Source of the DNA: Octopus sinensis
Lineage: Eukaryota
DNA: 64,000 nucleotides
NCBI RefSeq assembly: GCF_006345805.1
Contig: NC_043003.1
Coordinates: 95,046,001 to 95,110,000, forward strand
Direction of reading: 5' to 3'
In this document: positions 38,118-51,795 of the stretch, piece by piece
Position numbering within the stretch: position 1 is the first letter of the stretch
Layout of the letters: each line of letters starts with the position of its first letter
Position numbers and translations under genes: made by a program
Notes under the pieces: generated by a model
Told to the model about the DNA's origin: nothing
Seen by the model: the letters and a program-made list of their open reading frames with translations, nothing else
Database searches by the model: none

Positions 38118-40329
38118 TTAAATCCTGTTAGGTCAACTTTAAGGTCAGTAATATGAGTACTTAAGCATCATGAGATCAATCCAGTTGAGTCAATACCTCC
38201 TTTACAGACATGTGACCTTGTGCTAGCATAAGACATTGTTATTATTTGTGATGAGTGTTAAAAACACAGTGGATAGCATTTCATAGAATAATTACATTAA
38301 AATTTGCCTTTGTTATAACACATTTATACAGTGTACAATCATATGTAATTCTCATTGGTATTGATTCAAAAATTGTTTAATTATTTCCTGTGAAAAGATT
38401 ACTTCACATATCTTTTGGAAATATATATTTCTTCATTATCCATAAATATGTATTCCAGTCATTCAGTTGGTTTTTTTTTGGGGGGGGGGGGGTTGTGCTC
38501 AAACTCTCTTGAGATATTAGTTAATTTGTTATATTTCATTAGCACAAAAGTTTTGAAGTTCTAGCTATATTTAGACAGATATAAGGAGGATTTCAAAATT
38601 ACCTTCCAAAAATATGTAATTAATTATGAAAACATGTTAAACTTCTTGCTCTATCCAATATTTACATTATATTTTCTCCTTGAATAAAGACTCTTATGTT
38701 GCCCCTATCTTTGAAGACAGAACTGCTCTGCTATTCTCACTGCCATCTTAAATCCGCACCATGATCATTAATATTTTCAGTGTTGTTGTTAGCACTTCCA
38801 CTTATGCTATCACTAATCCCAGCAATGCTATGACTACCACAACAAGCACCATCACCATATTAGTAATATCATCACCACATATATATATACACATATATAC
38901 ACACACACACATACATCAAGTATCATTTTAATTTGCAAGTGCACTTCAGTGAGACGTGGTTGTTAAAGATCCTTCCCACTTCTGTAACACATACACATGC
39001 AATTGAAGTTTGGTTTGTTTTTGTTTTTTTTCTCACTGTTCATTTCACAGTTTCCAACAATTATTGATCCGTCGTTTCTTGTCTTTGGTTTTGCACTTCA
39101 TTTTCTTCAGAACTCTCGCTCACTGTTTATCACAATCTTAACTTTTGCACATTTATTTTCCTTGTTCTTTCTATCACACTCTCTCTCTCTCTATCTCTCA
39201 CATTCACAACAGCTATCTGTTATCATTCAGTTGCTTTCTTCAACACACTCATGTTTCTCAGCTGCAGTGAAATTGTTTGAATAAATTATGTCTTTTTCCA
39301 TCTTATTTTCTCAGCAGCATTTTTTATTTTATAAACATGTATGCATTTTATTTATTTCCTTTCTTTAATCATACTTGCCCTAGCAATCAGGGCCCTCTAA
39401 CCATATTTTGATGTCTATTCAGTTTTTGCTTGTGATCTGATCTCATTAATCATATCAATTTGTTTATGTAGCCACTTGTTATAATGGATGGGTGTGTTTG
39501 TATATACATGTGTGTATGTATGTATATGTGCATATAATAATAATGTCATCATTTGATATCAATATTCCATCCTGATATAGGACAGATAGTTTGACAGGTT
39601 TCCATGTGTTCCAGGACTGCATTATGCTCCAATGTTTGCTTTGGTATGGTTTTTATAGCCACTAAATAGCATTGTACTGTTTGCACTGTTTAGATCACCA
39701 TGCAGTTTGGAGGACTATGAATCCTGGAAAGATTCGTACATGTACACATATATACGAGCATTTGAATTTAAAAGTGGGAGAAAAACTACTTAAATCTTGG
39801 AGTAGTATATTCCTTTATTTAAGACTTATGTTCTCCACATATCAGTGGAAAGAAAACACATCAAATGGATAATTCTCTATGTGTGTGTGTGTAAAATGTA
39901 ATCAACAGAATTTACAAAGTGACTGAAGTGCCAGGATTATATGTATATATATATGGGTAACAGTTTATCATTTAGATATTATATATTGAAAGTTCCAATT
40001 TAATCTCTTTTTTTTTTTTTCTTGAGGTTTTTCATATCTGCATATCAGTGCCTTACAATTTGTTCAGTTCAATGAAGTTCCTAAATAGATTAAATCAACA
40101 TTTCCAGATTATCTTAATGCGATTTTCAGGATATAGTGTGGTGTTGGTATCTGTACTCCTATTTGTGTAATGAATAGCATTCATTTATGCAGACTTAACT
40201 GCCAGAATTTTGTTTGCGCAGATTTTCTTCCTTGAATTTTCACCATTAGTGCATTAGCATTCCATGTGATCGAACTTATATTTTGCCCATTAGCGTTTCA
40301 TGTAACTGAATTTTTATTTTGCCCATTAG

Positions 40330-40920
40330 AATAACATATCGTCCTTGACATACTTATTTTGTTTGTGACATGTGTATGCTGTTTGTACATTAATTGTAGC
40401 CTTGTGCTGAGTTCTCAATATTGCTTTCATATTCATCTGTTACTGTGGAGAATTCTATAGAATATAGATGTATTATCATCTAATATTTTGTCCTTTGTAG
40501 CTTTATTTTTATAGTGTGTGATATAGTGAGTTTGCAATTGCTATTTCTTGGAAAGGCATATTCAGCATACGAAGGAGTGTTTTTCTTGTCTGGCCTGTGT
40601 AAAAAAATCCTGAAGATTGTGACTTCTGCATTTATAGTCACATTTATGCATTACTTTGATCATTTGTAGCCTGTTCTCAGGTTTACATGTGTGTGATGTT
40701 AATATAGAAGTTTTTGGTCTTATTCTTCTTGTAATGCAATATTAGTGGCAGTTTATGGTTTGCTTTGAACATGTAGGTTACGTTTTTTCAGAAACTTTTG
40801 TTTATGGGTTCATCTCTTCTGTACTTAGTATGCATTTGATCCATATAATGCACTTTGTGTATGATATGTGGATGCTAAGTAGGTGTACTGCATAATGTGT
40901 TGTATAACTGAATACTGGTT
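40330..40920 (-). mobile_element. Possible Penelope-like relic (GIY-YIG region)
   Basis: Minus strand gives YKC...(frameshift)YTGQTRKTL, resembling a GIY-YIG motif. Heavily decayed. Confidence 0.4.
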
Positions 40921-41084
40921 ATTTGGCTCAACATACTGAAATTTAATTTTAAAACAAGACCAAGCAAAAACAAATATTTCCCTTTTTCTGGAACCCATGA
41001 GATCAAGGGATGGTGGGAAGAGGCTTCATAAGTTTATCTTTTCTCTCTGAGCTAGAAGCAGATATCAGAGGTTTTTATTTATTA

Positions 41085-41478
41085 CTAGCAGTATAGCCCA
41101 GCGTTGCTCGAGCTTGTTTTCTTTTCGACCCTTTAGAATTAGAATTTTTGAAAGTAAAAATTTTGCATTTTGTAGCTTGTTATTCTCTTTAAGCGAACAT
41201 TTTTCTGGTTGAAATACACCGAAAAATGGCAACACAGCAGTCAAAAAATCGTAAGAAACAGGGATTTTCATAGAAAAAAAGCACGTTTTTGATGTAAATA
41301 ATTTTTGGTGTTAACATCCAATTTGAATTTTTTCTTCTACGGAAGGAAGAGCAAGCCTTCTTCTATCAAACTCTCAATTTTGGTCAACTTGTGCCTCAGG
41401 GTCTCGGAGGAAATAGTGTTAGTTGAAGGCTACCAAACCTACCATACACAGACAACTTCAGCTTTATATATAGAGAGA
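41085..41478 (-). mobile_element. Non-autonomous Helitron (394 bp)
   Basis: Minus strand A|TCTCTCTATATATAAAGCTGAAG ... gagcaacgctgggc hairpin, CTAG|T: canonical ends and AT target. Confidence 0.8.
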
Positions 41479-44400
41479 TTATTATTTTACTCCTTTACAC
41501 ATTCTACATGCTGTAGAGGAGGTGTGGAATAATGCATTCGTGCCTGAACAGAATAAGTCACACAAGTATCACCAATTATAGATAAATTGCATTTTCTAAC
41601 TCATGGCATTTAAAAAATTTGGCGGAACTGGCAGGTGGGAACTGCTTAACACAATTTTTTTTAAATTCTTGTTGGTGGTCTTGTCTGGTAGGAGTGTCAG
41701 GCAAGGTTTATGAAGAGACCTGCCATTTTCAGCATCTCAGTCATGCATTCATTCATGGGAATTCTGTCTTGAGTCAAGTTTCTTTTGGTAAAACACAAAG
41801 ATCCAGGTGGATCTAATTACAATACTTCAATAAATGCTCAAAAATATTAATTTATTAGATATTCTCCTTTATTTTTTTTTTACTCCATATATACAAGTTT
41901 GTAGTAAATTACTGTGAAATGTATCTTGAATTACAACACTGAAAACATTGAATAAAGCTCAGCTGTAAATAATTTATGAGTTGTTACAACATAAATATAC
42001 ATGCTTGTCTATGTGTGTTCATCAAATTAGCATGGGGTGGCAAAAAATATCTGTTTCACAGATATATCTCTTGGTTTTTAGTATCATATAAGTATTATCA
42101 TTTTATTACATGAGATTGTTAACTTGGGTTGATATAATTGATGGAAACATTTGGAGATGATACCCTAGCAATGTTCTAATGACTGGAACCATTGAAAGAC
42201 TATATTAGGTCTATATCTATTTGCTGTACACTTTCCTAATTAGAACTATTTATATTCATTATATTTACTAAATTTCACTCATGACTGTCTCACTTCACAA
42301 TGCATCTGTTTTCTTTATGCTGTTAAATGATTGCAAAGTTCAGTGTAGATTCTTTGCAGATGTTGACATTTCTCAAGGTTACTCCAGTCCTTCATTTTCT
42401 ATCCATATTACTGTGTATACTGTCTAATTAAGAGGCTTATATATTATTTAAACTATAAGGAGATTTTCTTCCTAATATCGTAGATATTTTCGTGGATTTT
42501 CTGAAGCTGCTATCATCAGCCCTAATTCAAAATCACCAAATCTACTTTTTAGCCAATAAAGGAGCCTGTATATGGTTGCCTAGTTTGCTGGAAGTACCAG
42601 CTAAATCTTTTAATTCACACTGTATTATCACATTGGATTATGTAGTCCTAGATATATGCTTAATATATCACATCTCAATAAAAGATGAGATTTCCCTGGT
42701 TTGAACATCTTTGATCCTAGGTCTGGTGGCAATAAAAGCCAACCTGGGGTTATACAACAACAGCAAAAACAACACATGCTTTGTCTCTGTGTAGTGTATC
42801 TAGGACAAGCTCTGTCTTTGCAAGCTGGTTATTCAATTCACTCTCGCTGGTAATCACTGAAATCAGATGAGTAAAGCAGCTCAATTGAAAAGTAAGTCTC
42901 TCTAGTAGATTCTGCTTGTTAGAAGTTTTCCACCACCACCACATTTAGGTGTTTATTAGAATATTTTACTTCTGAAGGAATACCAGTCAGTATTTTTATA
43001 GTCGAGATATTATCAGCTGTTAAAACTACTTTACAAACAGGGGTTCCATACACTTTAAGATCTTTCATATAATCTAGCTATTTTCTGTGGTTCTACTACT
43101 TCTATTATACACTGAAATATGTTGATGCATATTTCTTTGAGGATCTCTCTGGCAGCACATACTTTTATGTATGTGTGAATATCTGCCTTGATTGTATATG
43201 ATGTATATGTATTTATGGGTGTATGTACATGAGCACATATTTATCTAACAGTTTGTGTGTGCATATATATGCATATATTTATACATACCTCTGTGTGTGT
43301 GCATATATATTTAGATATATATATATATATATATACATACACACACAAACACATTTCCTTTCTCTCAAACAACTGTATTTAGAAATTATGCATGCAGACA
43401 ATTTAAGCCATGCAGTATATGTTTACAATATGGGTAAAAGTTGGGGGGACTCACTTATTTTCTCCTACGCCCTACTCTCTCTCTCTCTCTCTTTCTCTTC
43501 ACTGTTATCCAGTACATTTTGTACTTTATCACAATAGAACAAATTAGTGCTGTAGTTTTAGGTTTCTGTTTCATCATAAGCTTCCATGCTGTGCTTCTTT
43601 CTTTTATGAAATATATACATCTGTGTGTTCTGGTATTTTGGTATTCTTAAAATTTGTTGATCTTTTAAAACATTTGACTTTTTTATTTCTTTTTTTTTGG
43701 TTTTGTATTTTTGTTTTGCTCACTACTTCTTTTTGTTTTTTTTTTTGTTTCAAGCATCCTCTTGTTTGAATGTTGGCATAATCTGTGTAAACTAGTTTAG
43801 CTTTTTTTTTCCTGTTGAGATCTGTTGTGAAAGCTGTCAATAATATTACAGAAAAAATCCATGTGTGTTTGTGATTTTCTAAATAACAGTTCAAATGCAA
43901 AAATAAGCAGCTTATCAGAAGGAAATTCATGGTTCAGTTCCTTTCCATAAGGTTTATTGTTGTCCTTATTCATATGTTTACCAAATATTTGCTATCTAAC
44001 ATTATATTAATGGTACATATATATGTGTGTACAGACATATATGCATATATATATTTGCATATATATGTGTGTGCATAGTCATGGTCAATCTGGGAAGTAA
44101 CAGCGATTTGTTTTTTTGTAGGCATAAGAATACAAAATGAGTTACATTATACAGCAAGGATGATACAAACAAACATAATATGTGAAGTTAGGCAAGTGGA
44201 ACACTTGGCTGAAAAAAGTATATAAGTATAAAGCAAAATAACAGTGATGGAAGAAATGTAAAGAAGTGAAAATAAATATTTCAATGAAAGTAATATAAAA
44301 GAATCTAACTTTTCAGATTATACCTTTTGTCTGAAAGAAGGAAAAGCTATAAGATAAGCAAGAGGAAAAGAAAACAATTAATGATATTGAATTTATGATG

Positions 44401-45376
44401 CCTATTTACATGACTGGCTTAATATAGAAGTGTATTTGTGGGTGTAAATATGTAAATATAGAAAGACTGAGATAAATAGATATGATTAATTTAACAATAT
44501 TTTAGTATTTATACAACTGTCATTGGAAAATGAAGTTGTTTTTTTGTTTCGTTTTGTTTTGTACTGGTGGCTTATACATACTTAAACTTTGATTGTTTCT
44601 TTCTTGTGTGTATTTTTGTTAAAAGAAAGTATGTCTAAGCTTATGATTTTGAAGCCTGAGTTTGTTTTTGGTTGAATCACATTTATCATTATCTCAAATA
44701 GATATATTTTTCTGCATTGTTTTGTATAGTAAGAGTATCAAAATATTTTCTTCCACATTAATTTGCTCCTCATCTATATTCTTTTCCCATTGATTATGTT
44801 ATTTTCAATGATTCAATCAGTAATGTTCTCACAGAAGATTTCTTCATTTTTAATAAATATGGAGGATTTTTTTTTTTATGTTAAATGTGTAGTTAAGAAA
44901 TATGACTAACAAAACTCAATTGTCGTTTTAATTGTACTAACTATATTTATTACAATTGTGATTCAGTTTTGAGCTTGACTCTTATTAAATTTCCTTGTCC
45001 TGTCTTCTAAGTCAGAGATTATGAATATACAATACATTATTTAAAATTCTGAATCAGCAAAAATATACCATTAAAAAGATAAGTTCAGATAACTTCACAT
45101 CAATGTCTGGGAATCAAACCATTTGATATGTTAAACTATATATTACATCTATCTTGTCAAACAAATCTCTTAACTGCTTTGATAATTTATGTGATTTCAT
45201 ATAATTGGTTTTAATATGATTAAATTTATTAAATTCTGGCTCGAAATGATATTTTGTTATTTTGATATTTTATATTTTAATTTTTAAAAATTTATTTTGA
45301 TTAATAATGATATGAAAAATGTTGAATCTCATCTGGTCAATTTATGCTTTCTCTGTATATTTCTCATCGTTTTTTT

Positions 45377-45421
<45 letters not shown>

Positions 45422-45533
45422 TTTTTTATATCACTCTTTATCTAATGCTCATAAATTATTAGGCTTTTTGAAAATAAAAACATGCTCACAGTAATCAACA
45501 TAAGGAAAACATACATACATATATGTGTATATA

Positions 45534-45582
<49 letters not shown>

Positions 45583-46643
45583 AAAGAATCATACTGACTG
45601 TTAGCTAAATCAAAATGCTACCTAAGGTATTTTTAATCAAATTTTCACGTGTGTCATACAGGATATGAGGTTCAAAGGATCTTTTTCATTTCATTTATGT
45701 TTGTATTTTTTTTTCTGCTCATTGTCACATTTCATACACATTTGTACACATCCCACCAGTAAATTATCTCAAAATATTTATTTAACAATTTCTTATTAGA
45801 TGGATACCTATTGTTCACTTTACCCCTCATCACTCACTGCACATAGTCCCAAACTCTTTTCACACCCTCTTCCCAGATTGTCAATCCCATTGTATATATT
45901 ACACAGTTTTTGTGACACGGTTTCGTTCTTCAAGTTGCATAGTGTAGAAATCATTCTTTGAATTTTTCTACTTTTTTTACATATTATATATCATTTTATT
46001 TTGTCTTTATAGTATTCTATTGTTTTGTGAGTAGTCGAGATATTTAAGTTGATTTTTAAAAATTCCAGTGTAGTTACTTTTTGGTTCTATTTGATTATTT
46101 GTTGTGCATTAGTGTTTCACAAAACCTTGAAAGACATTTCATACTTATTCTGTGAGAATATATATCTTTATTAAACACACACACACACACATATAGGTGC
46201 AGTCCATGACTGTGTGGTTAAGAAGCTTGCTTCCCAACAACATGGTTTCAGATTTAGTGCCACTGAACAGCACCTTGAGCAAGTGTCTTCTACTGTAGCC
46301 CATAGCAGACCAATAGCTAGCTAATGAGTTTGTTAGATGAAAATGGTACAGAAGCCACATATATGTAGATATGTATATGTGTTTACATTCTGCATAATAT
46401 ATACATATTTGTCACTGTATGTGTGTGTGTGTGTGTGTGCGTGTATCTGTCTATATATATATGTAACTCCAAGAAAGTTAGGGGTTGTGAATCCAACCCA
46501 CTAAGGGATAATATCTATCCAATATACTGTTGGTAGAATACCCAATTATTAATACACAAGTGTTTTTTTATTGCATTGCAATTACATTACCTTATGTATT
46601 AAATGGGTGAAGGTAAAGAGATATTTTACCATTAATTTATATT

Positions 46644-46937
46644 GCAAATAAGAAAATGGAGAAGAACAATAGGTGGTTCATCAACTTTTGGACATTAAAA
46701 TGATAATTATAATAACATACATACATATAGCATATTATTCTTTGCATATAAGATATAAAATATAGTAATATATAAGAATACCAGTAATTATTATAAAAAA
46801 CATGAATATGAATTGGTAAGAGAATAATATGCTATATGTATGTATGTTGTTATAATTATCAGTTTAATAAATAAGTTAACATTTTAATGTCCAAAAGTTG
46901 ATGAACCACCTATTGTTCTCCTCCATTTTCTTATTTG

Positions 46938-46938
<1 letters not shown>
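46644..46938. repeat. Near-perfect inverted repeat (98/118-bp arms, 79-bp spacer), MITE or palindrome
   Basis: 46644-46741 versus the reverse complement of 46821-46938: 2 substitutions and one 20-bp indel. Confidence 0.85.
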
Positions 46939-46981
<43 letters not shown>

Positions 46982-47329
46982 CCTTGTTAGAGAACCTGGC
47001 AGATAGAAAGTTCAGAAGCCTGTTATTTGAGTGAGTGTGTATGTGTGCATGCATAAATATGAGTAAACATTGATAGTTTGTGCTTGTCACTGGTTGAGTG
47101 AAGCAGTAGTGGTGTTGACATTTCTTGTCAGTCTTTTGAAAACTTCTAAAATAGGAAAAATCCCTTGCTTGAAAACATAATGGTTGGCATCAGGAAGAGC
47201 ATTTGTTCATAAAATCATGACTCATTTTTTCACACCTTCCACTTGTTATCCTTTCCTTGCTCACTCTGTACTCTATTTTTCCTCACATCATCCACTTACT
47301 GACCATAGAAAGTGCAAGCCCTCTAACTG

Positions 47330-48600
47330 AAAAATTGTGGGTTTGTATAAAGGACATGCACACACACAAACAGACATTTTGCCGTTTATATATAGAGAGA
47401 TTCCTCTTAAAAAAAGCTTCCATGGTTTTCCTAACCACTGCACCACTCCTTTACCTAGGACCTCCACTCTTCTCCACCTGGTTGAACTTGTACTCAGGAT
47501 CAACTTTTTCTCCTTTGCAGTAGTTATGGAGGTGGCCATGGTCAAAGAATTGGCAATCCCCAACAATGCCAATCATTTCATTGGTGACATTATCCTAATT
47601 GTTTTCCCAGTTCACAGGTCCTATACCAAAGCTATAAAAATGCTATACTTATGATTCTACCAACCCTACTTCTCTCTCCCTCTCTCTTCCCATTTCCTTT
47701 TGAAGAGCTAATCTCTTTCATCCCCTTCAATAGCTTAATTCCCTCTATTTCACCTCCTCCATTCCAGAAAAACTCTCCAATTAATATCCTTGACATCCTT
47801 GTCAATGGAAACAGAGATGTCAAGGATCTCTGAACCTCTTTACTCCAACCCTCAACACACATCCATACACATATATATATACCACTCCCTTCTCTTACCA
47901 TTTCTGACCCACCTCACCCTTACTGCTGCTTTTTATTTATAAATACACCAATCCCCACGCCTGTCTTTAGTTATCCTCCTCCCACTCCACCCACGATATA
48001 CACTCTCCTACTCCCAATACATTGTCTCTGTAGCTGTAGCATTAGAGCTCAAACTTAATACATAGCTGGCCTATAGGCCTATATACTCAATGCTATTACC
48101 CTTTCATCTTTATTAATGTTTCTTTTTCATGTGATGGTGCAATTGACCACACCTCTACCTTTATACCCTGCAACTCTTATGCCAAATAACTTTCTCTGTT
48201 TTAGTGTATTTGCAAGTTTTGCTGCCCCTTTGTCCATTACTCCTTTCTCACCCACACTCCACCCACATGGAGCCATTTCCTGAATTTGTCCTCACTACTA
48301 TACTTGCGCTTTCCTGTCTGTCAGCACCATCACCCTCATTGAACCCAACCATTCTACCTTCCATACTAAGCACTCTTTCAGTTGCATATTCTCCAATTTT
48401 ACCTACTTCCTCAAGTGTTTCTTCTGAGATTCAGTTTACATTGGGCAAACTGATGGCTGAATGTGTGACAGGTTTGTGGAAAACTTTGGTACTTTGTTTG
48501 CCCTCCGAAACCAGATTTCTGCTTCTCTTTTCCAGAAGGAACAAGAAATCATCTTCTTTCTACATACTTTCACCCATTATGGTTTAAACTTCTACCCTCA
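47330..48600 (+). mobile_element. Degenerate Penelope-like element (RT plus GIY-YIG endonuclease)
   Basis: NFFSF..EVAM..ANHFIG (decayed Q..GVAMG..ANLF), NILDILV (PFLD motif), and HSFSCIFSNFTYFLKCFF*DSVYIGQT at 48371-48451. Confidence 0.7.
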
Positions 48601-49519
48601 ATTTACATAACCTGCACTTTCACACAACATATCTACTGTCTACTCCAAATGTACCTCATTGTTCCAACCTTCAGCACACATACCATACACACATGTATAC
48701 CACATCCTTCTCCAACAATTTCTGTCCTACCTTACATGAATTACTTAAGATGTGACTCAGTGTTTCAATATGATTCAGGCCAGGGAATGCAAGTTTCATT
48801 ATACTGTGAAATTCATTATATTGTAAATGTGAATGTATGTACTTATGTATGCAAGCATGCATATATGTATCCATGAATGTATATATGTATAGATATATAT
48901 AGTTGTATGTATATATGTACCTCTATGTATGTGCAGGTATACATATATAGGTATATGTGTGTGTGTACATATACATTTATGTGTGTGTGTATTTATAAGT
49001 ATGTGTGTCTGTATATTAGAGAACTATCTAATTTCTGGGGAAATGTGGTGTGAACGTGAGAATGACTAAAATATATAATCGCAACCCAACCTTGCTTAAA
49101 GGATGTGAAGTTAAAATTCTGTCCTTCTGATCTAATTAGTTATTAGTTTCAACGTTTCTACTATCATAAGGATGTGCTCATGGGCAAAACATAAATGCGC
49201 TTGACTAACTAAGTTTTGCTGGCTGACACAACAGATTCCACTCTTTGTAATAATTGGATTATTAGCGATAGGAAGGTCATTTTCGTGCAAAGTTATTTCT
49301 CAGGTAAGTGAGAACACTGTTACCTTTATAGATCTGAAGTGATATCTGTTGTATCAAAAAAAAAAAAAATAATAATAATAATATCTGCACATATGCATGG
49401 GAATGCTGTTTTGATGACTATAACTAACTGGTGGCATGAATCATATAAGAGGCTCTGATTGCTGTACCAACCCTAATTAATCTTGAAAGGTTTTCAAATC
49501 ATCTTTTGGTTTTCTGTAG

Positions 49520-49578
49520 GTGCTCTTCTATTGAGGAACTCCCTGATGCCGTTGTTGCCATGCAAACAGATTCAAGTG
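49520..49578 (+). CDS. Candidate exon (CSSIEELPDAVVAMQTDSS)
   Basis: Good acceptor cttttggttttctgtAG and donor G|GTAACT; 59 nt with an open frame. A strong upstream donor CAG|GTAAGT lies at 49304. No homolog recognised. Confidence 0.3.
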
Positions 49579-49794
49579 GTAACTCAACATACTTTCTCTT
49601 TCCATTTGTTTACTTCCTCAGACTCTACTTTTTAATGCTAGTTGTGTGTTTTTGGTTTCACTTTAAAACAAACAAAAAATAAAAGAAAAGAGAAAATGTT
49701 AGTTTTTTTTTTTTTTATTCGATTTATTTTAGGTGAAAATGTTTTATCATGCATACCCTTCATTTTTCCTCTTCTTCTTCACTCCATCTCTCTT

Positions 49795-49830
<36 letters not shown>

Positions 49831-50911
49831 TACACACATACATACATACCATCTTCATCATTTTAACATGCACTTTTTGATGCTTGCATGGGTTAGATAG
49901 AATTCATTGGTGTAGATTTTCTATGGTCAGATACACTTCATGTCACCAACTTCTACCTGTTTCCAAACAAGGTAATATTTCCCCATGGCTAGACATACTC
50001 ACAAAACACTAGAAACAAGGGTCAATGCTCATATGACAGTAATGCTCATTTGTAACTATAGTGCAGTGTCAAGGATAAGGCAGCAAAAACACCCATGCAC
50101 ACATTCACACAAACATACCTATATATCTATACACAGATATATGATGAACTTGAATTTTCTGTGTTCCAAATCTACTTGGGGGCTAAGGCTTTAGTAGGAC
50201 AGGGCCAACAGTAGAAGACACTTGCCCAAGGTTCCATATAGTGAATCTGAACAAGAAACCATATAACTGAGAAGCAAACATATTAACCACACAACTATGC
50301 CTGCATCCATATATTTACATACATCTAAATGTGTATGTGTGTATATATATATATATAGGCATGTGCCGTCAGTAATTACTTGGGGTAGGCAGTTGGTAAC
50401 CTTTATGTAGTAAACACATAGAAAATAAGCGAAACACAGGCGTGCAACTGAATTGAAGGCAGATTTACTTCTGCCTTTATAGCACATAAAGAAAACAGTG
50501 TTGTAGGAGTGTATGCAGCACATGTACTACAGCAGTACTATGCGTAGCTTAAATACTGAAATTGAAAAGCAGAGACGAATTATGCCTACCTAATCTACAA
50601 AAAAATAAAATATTTTGCATTTTATGCATAGTAATCAGAGTAACCTTTATAATTTTATTGAATTAGGTGCATATTTTGCCATAAAAGGAAAATGTTGCTT
50701 TCAATCTATTTTATTCAAGTAGGCACTGCCTACCTTGCCTACCTAGGCGGCATGACCCTGATATATATATGTATGTATATGTATGTGTATTTATATATAT
50801 ATATGTATGTATGTATATATATATATGTATGTATATATATATATGTATATATGCATGTATATATATGTATGTATATATATATATGTGTATGTGTGTGTGT
50901 GTCTATATATA

Positions 50912-51544
50912 CACGAAGGAAGTCAAAAATTATCCGCACTTTCGCCATAACATCTTTATTATTGTCTCACTGCCTTCTGTGCGTGCGTGCTTATAATTGG
51001 TAGTATTGTGGTCACATGATGAAAGTTTGAGCCTGATCACTCCATTTTTCTTGCTGGCTTTACAATATAAGCATGGCTGCCCCACTAACAATGTTCACCA
51101 AAGAAGAACAAAGAGCAATGATCCAAGAGATGGTAATAGTGAACCGGTTCACCAATACCATCTCTTGAGCTTGCTGAATTTTCTCCTCAGTGTTGGAGGT
51201 TGACGGGGCGTCCTTCTCCCTCTTTGTGTGTCACACTTGTCCAGCTACTTTTAAAGTTCTCAATCCACTAATGCACACTTCTACTCAGCAGTGCATTGTC
51301 CCCGTATTGTGATAAAAGCCACTGATGAATTTCAGTACTTAACACACCTTCCAATCAGAGAAATCAGATGACTACTCTTTGTTCTTCTTTGCTGCACATT
51401 GCTAGTGGAGCGATCAGGCTCAAATTTTGATTACGTGACCACAATAGTACCAACTATAAACACTCATGTGTAGAAGGCAGTGTGACAATAATAAAGGTAT
51501 GTTATGGTGAGAGTGCAGATAAATTTTGACTTCCCCCTCCTGTG
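50912..51544. mobile_element. Mariner-derived fold-back element with long inverted arms
   Basis: TA-flanked, arms of about 135 bp or more. Minus strand 51170-51390 translates MCSKEEQRVVI*FL*LEGV..EIHQWL..QYGDN (mariner HTH). Confidence 0.8.
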
Positions 51545-51582
51545 TATGTATGTATATCCCATTGCTGACAATCTTATAATGG

Positions 51583-51795
51583 CTGTGAGCTAGTAGGATC
51601 ATTAGCACATAGGACAAAATGCTTAGCAACATTTCTTCCGGCTCTTTATGCTCCGAGTTCAAAAACTGCCATGGTCAACTTGTTTTTCATCCCTTTAATG
51701 TCAACGACATACAGTATCAGTTGAGCATTGGGGGTGAATGGAATCAACTAACTTCTTCCAACTAAAGTTGCTGGCCTTGCTCCAAAATTTGAAAC
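51583..51795 (+). mobile_element. SINE family B (B2 tail), degenerate
   Basis: Head, core and tail recognisable. Confidence 0.7.

Noticed and set aside
41618-41627. Second E2F-like motif TTTGGCGGAA
   Set aside because: Isolated, with no CpG-rich context; may be part of a decayed transposon end.
42776-42856. Minus-strand coiled-coil-like exon ITSESELNNQLAKTELVLDTLHRDK
   Set aside because: The acceptor is plausible but there is no good donor and no supported partner exons.
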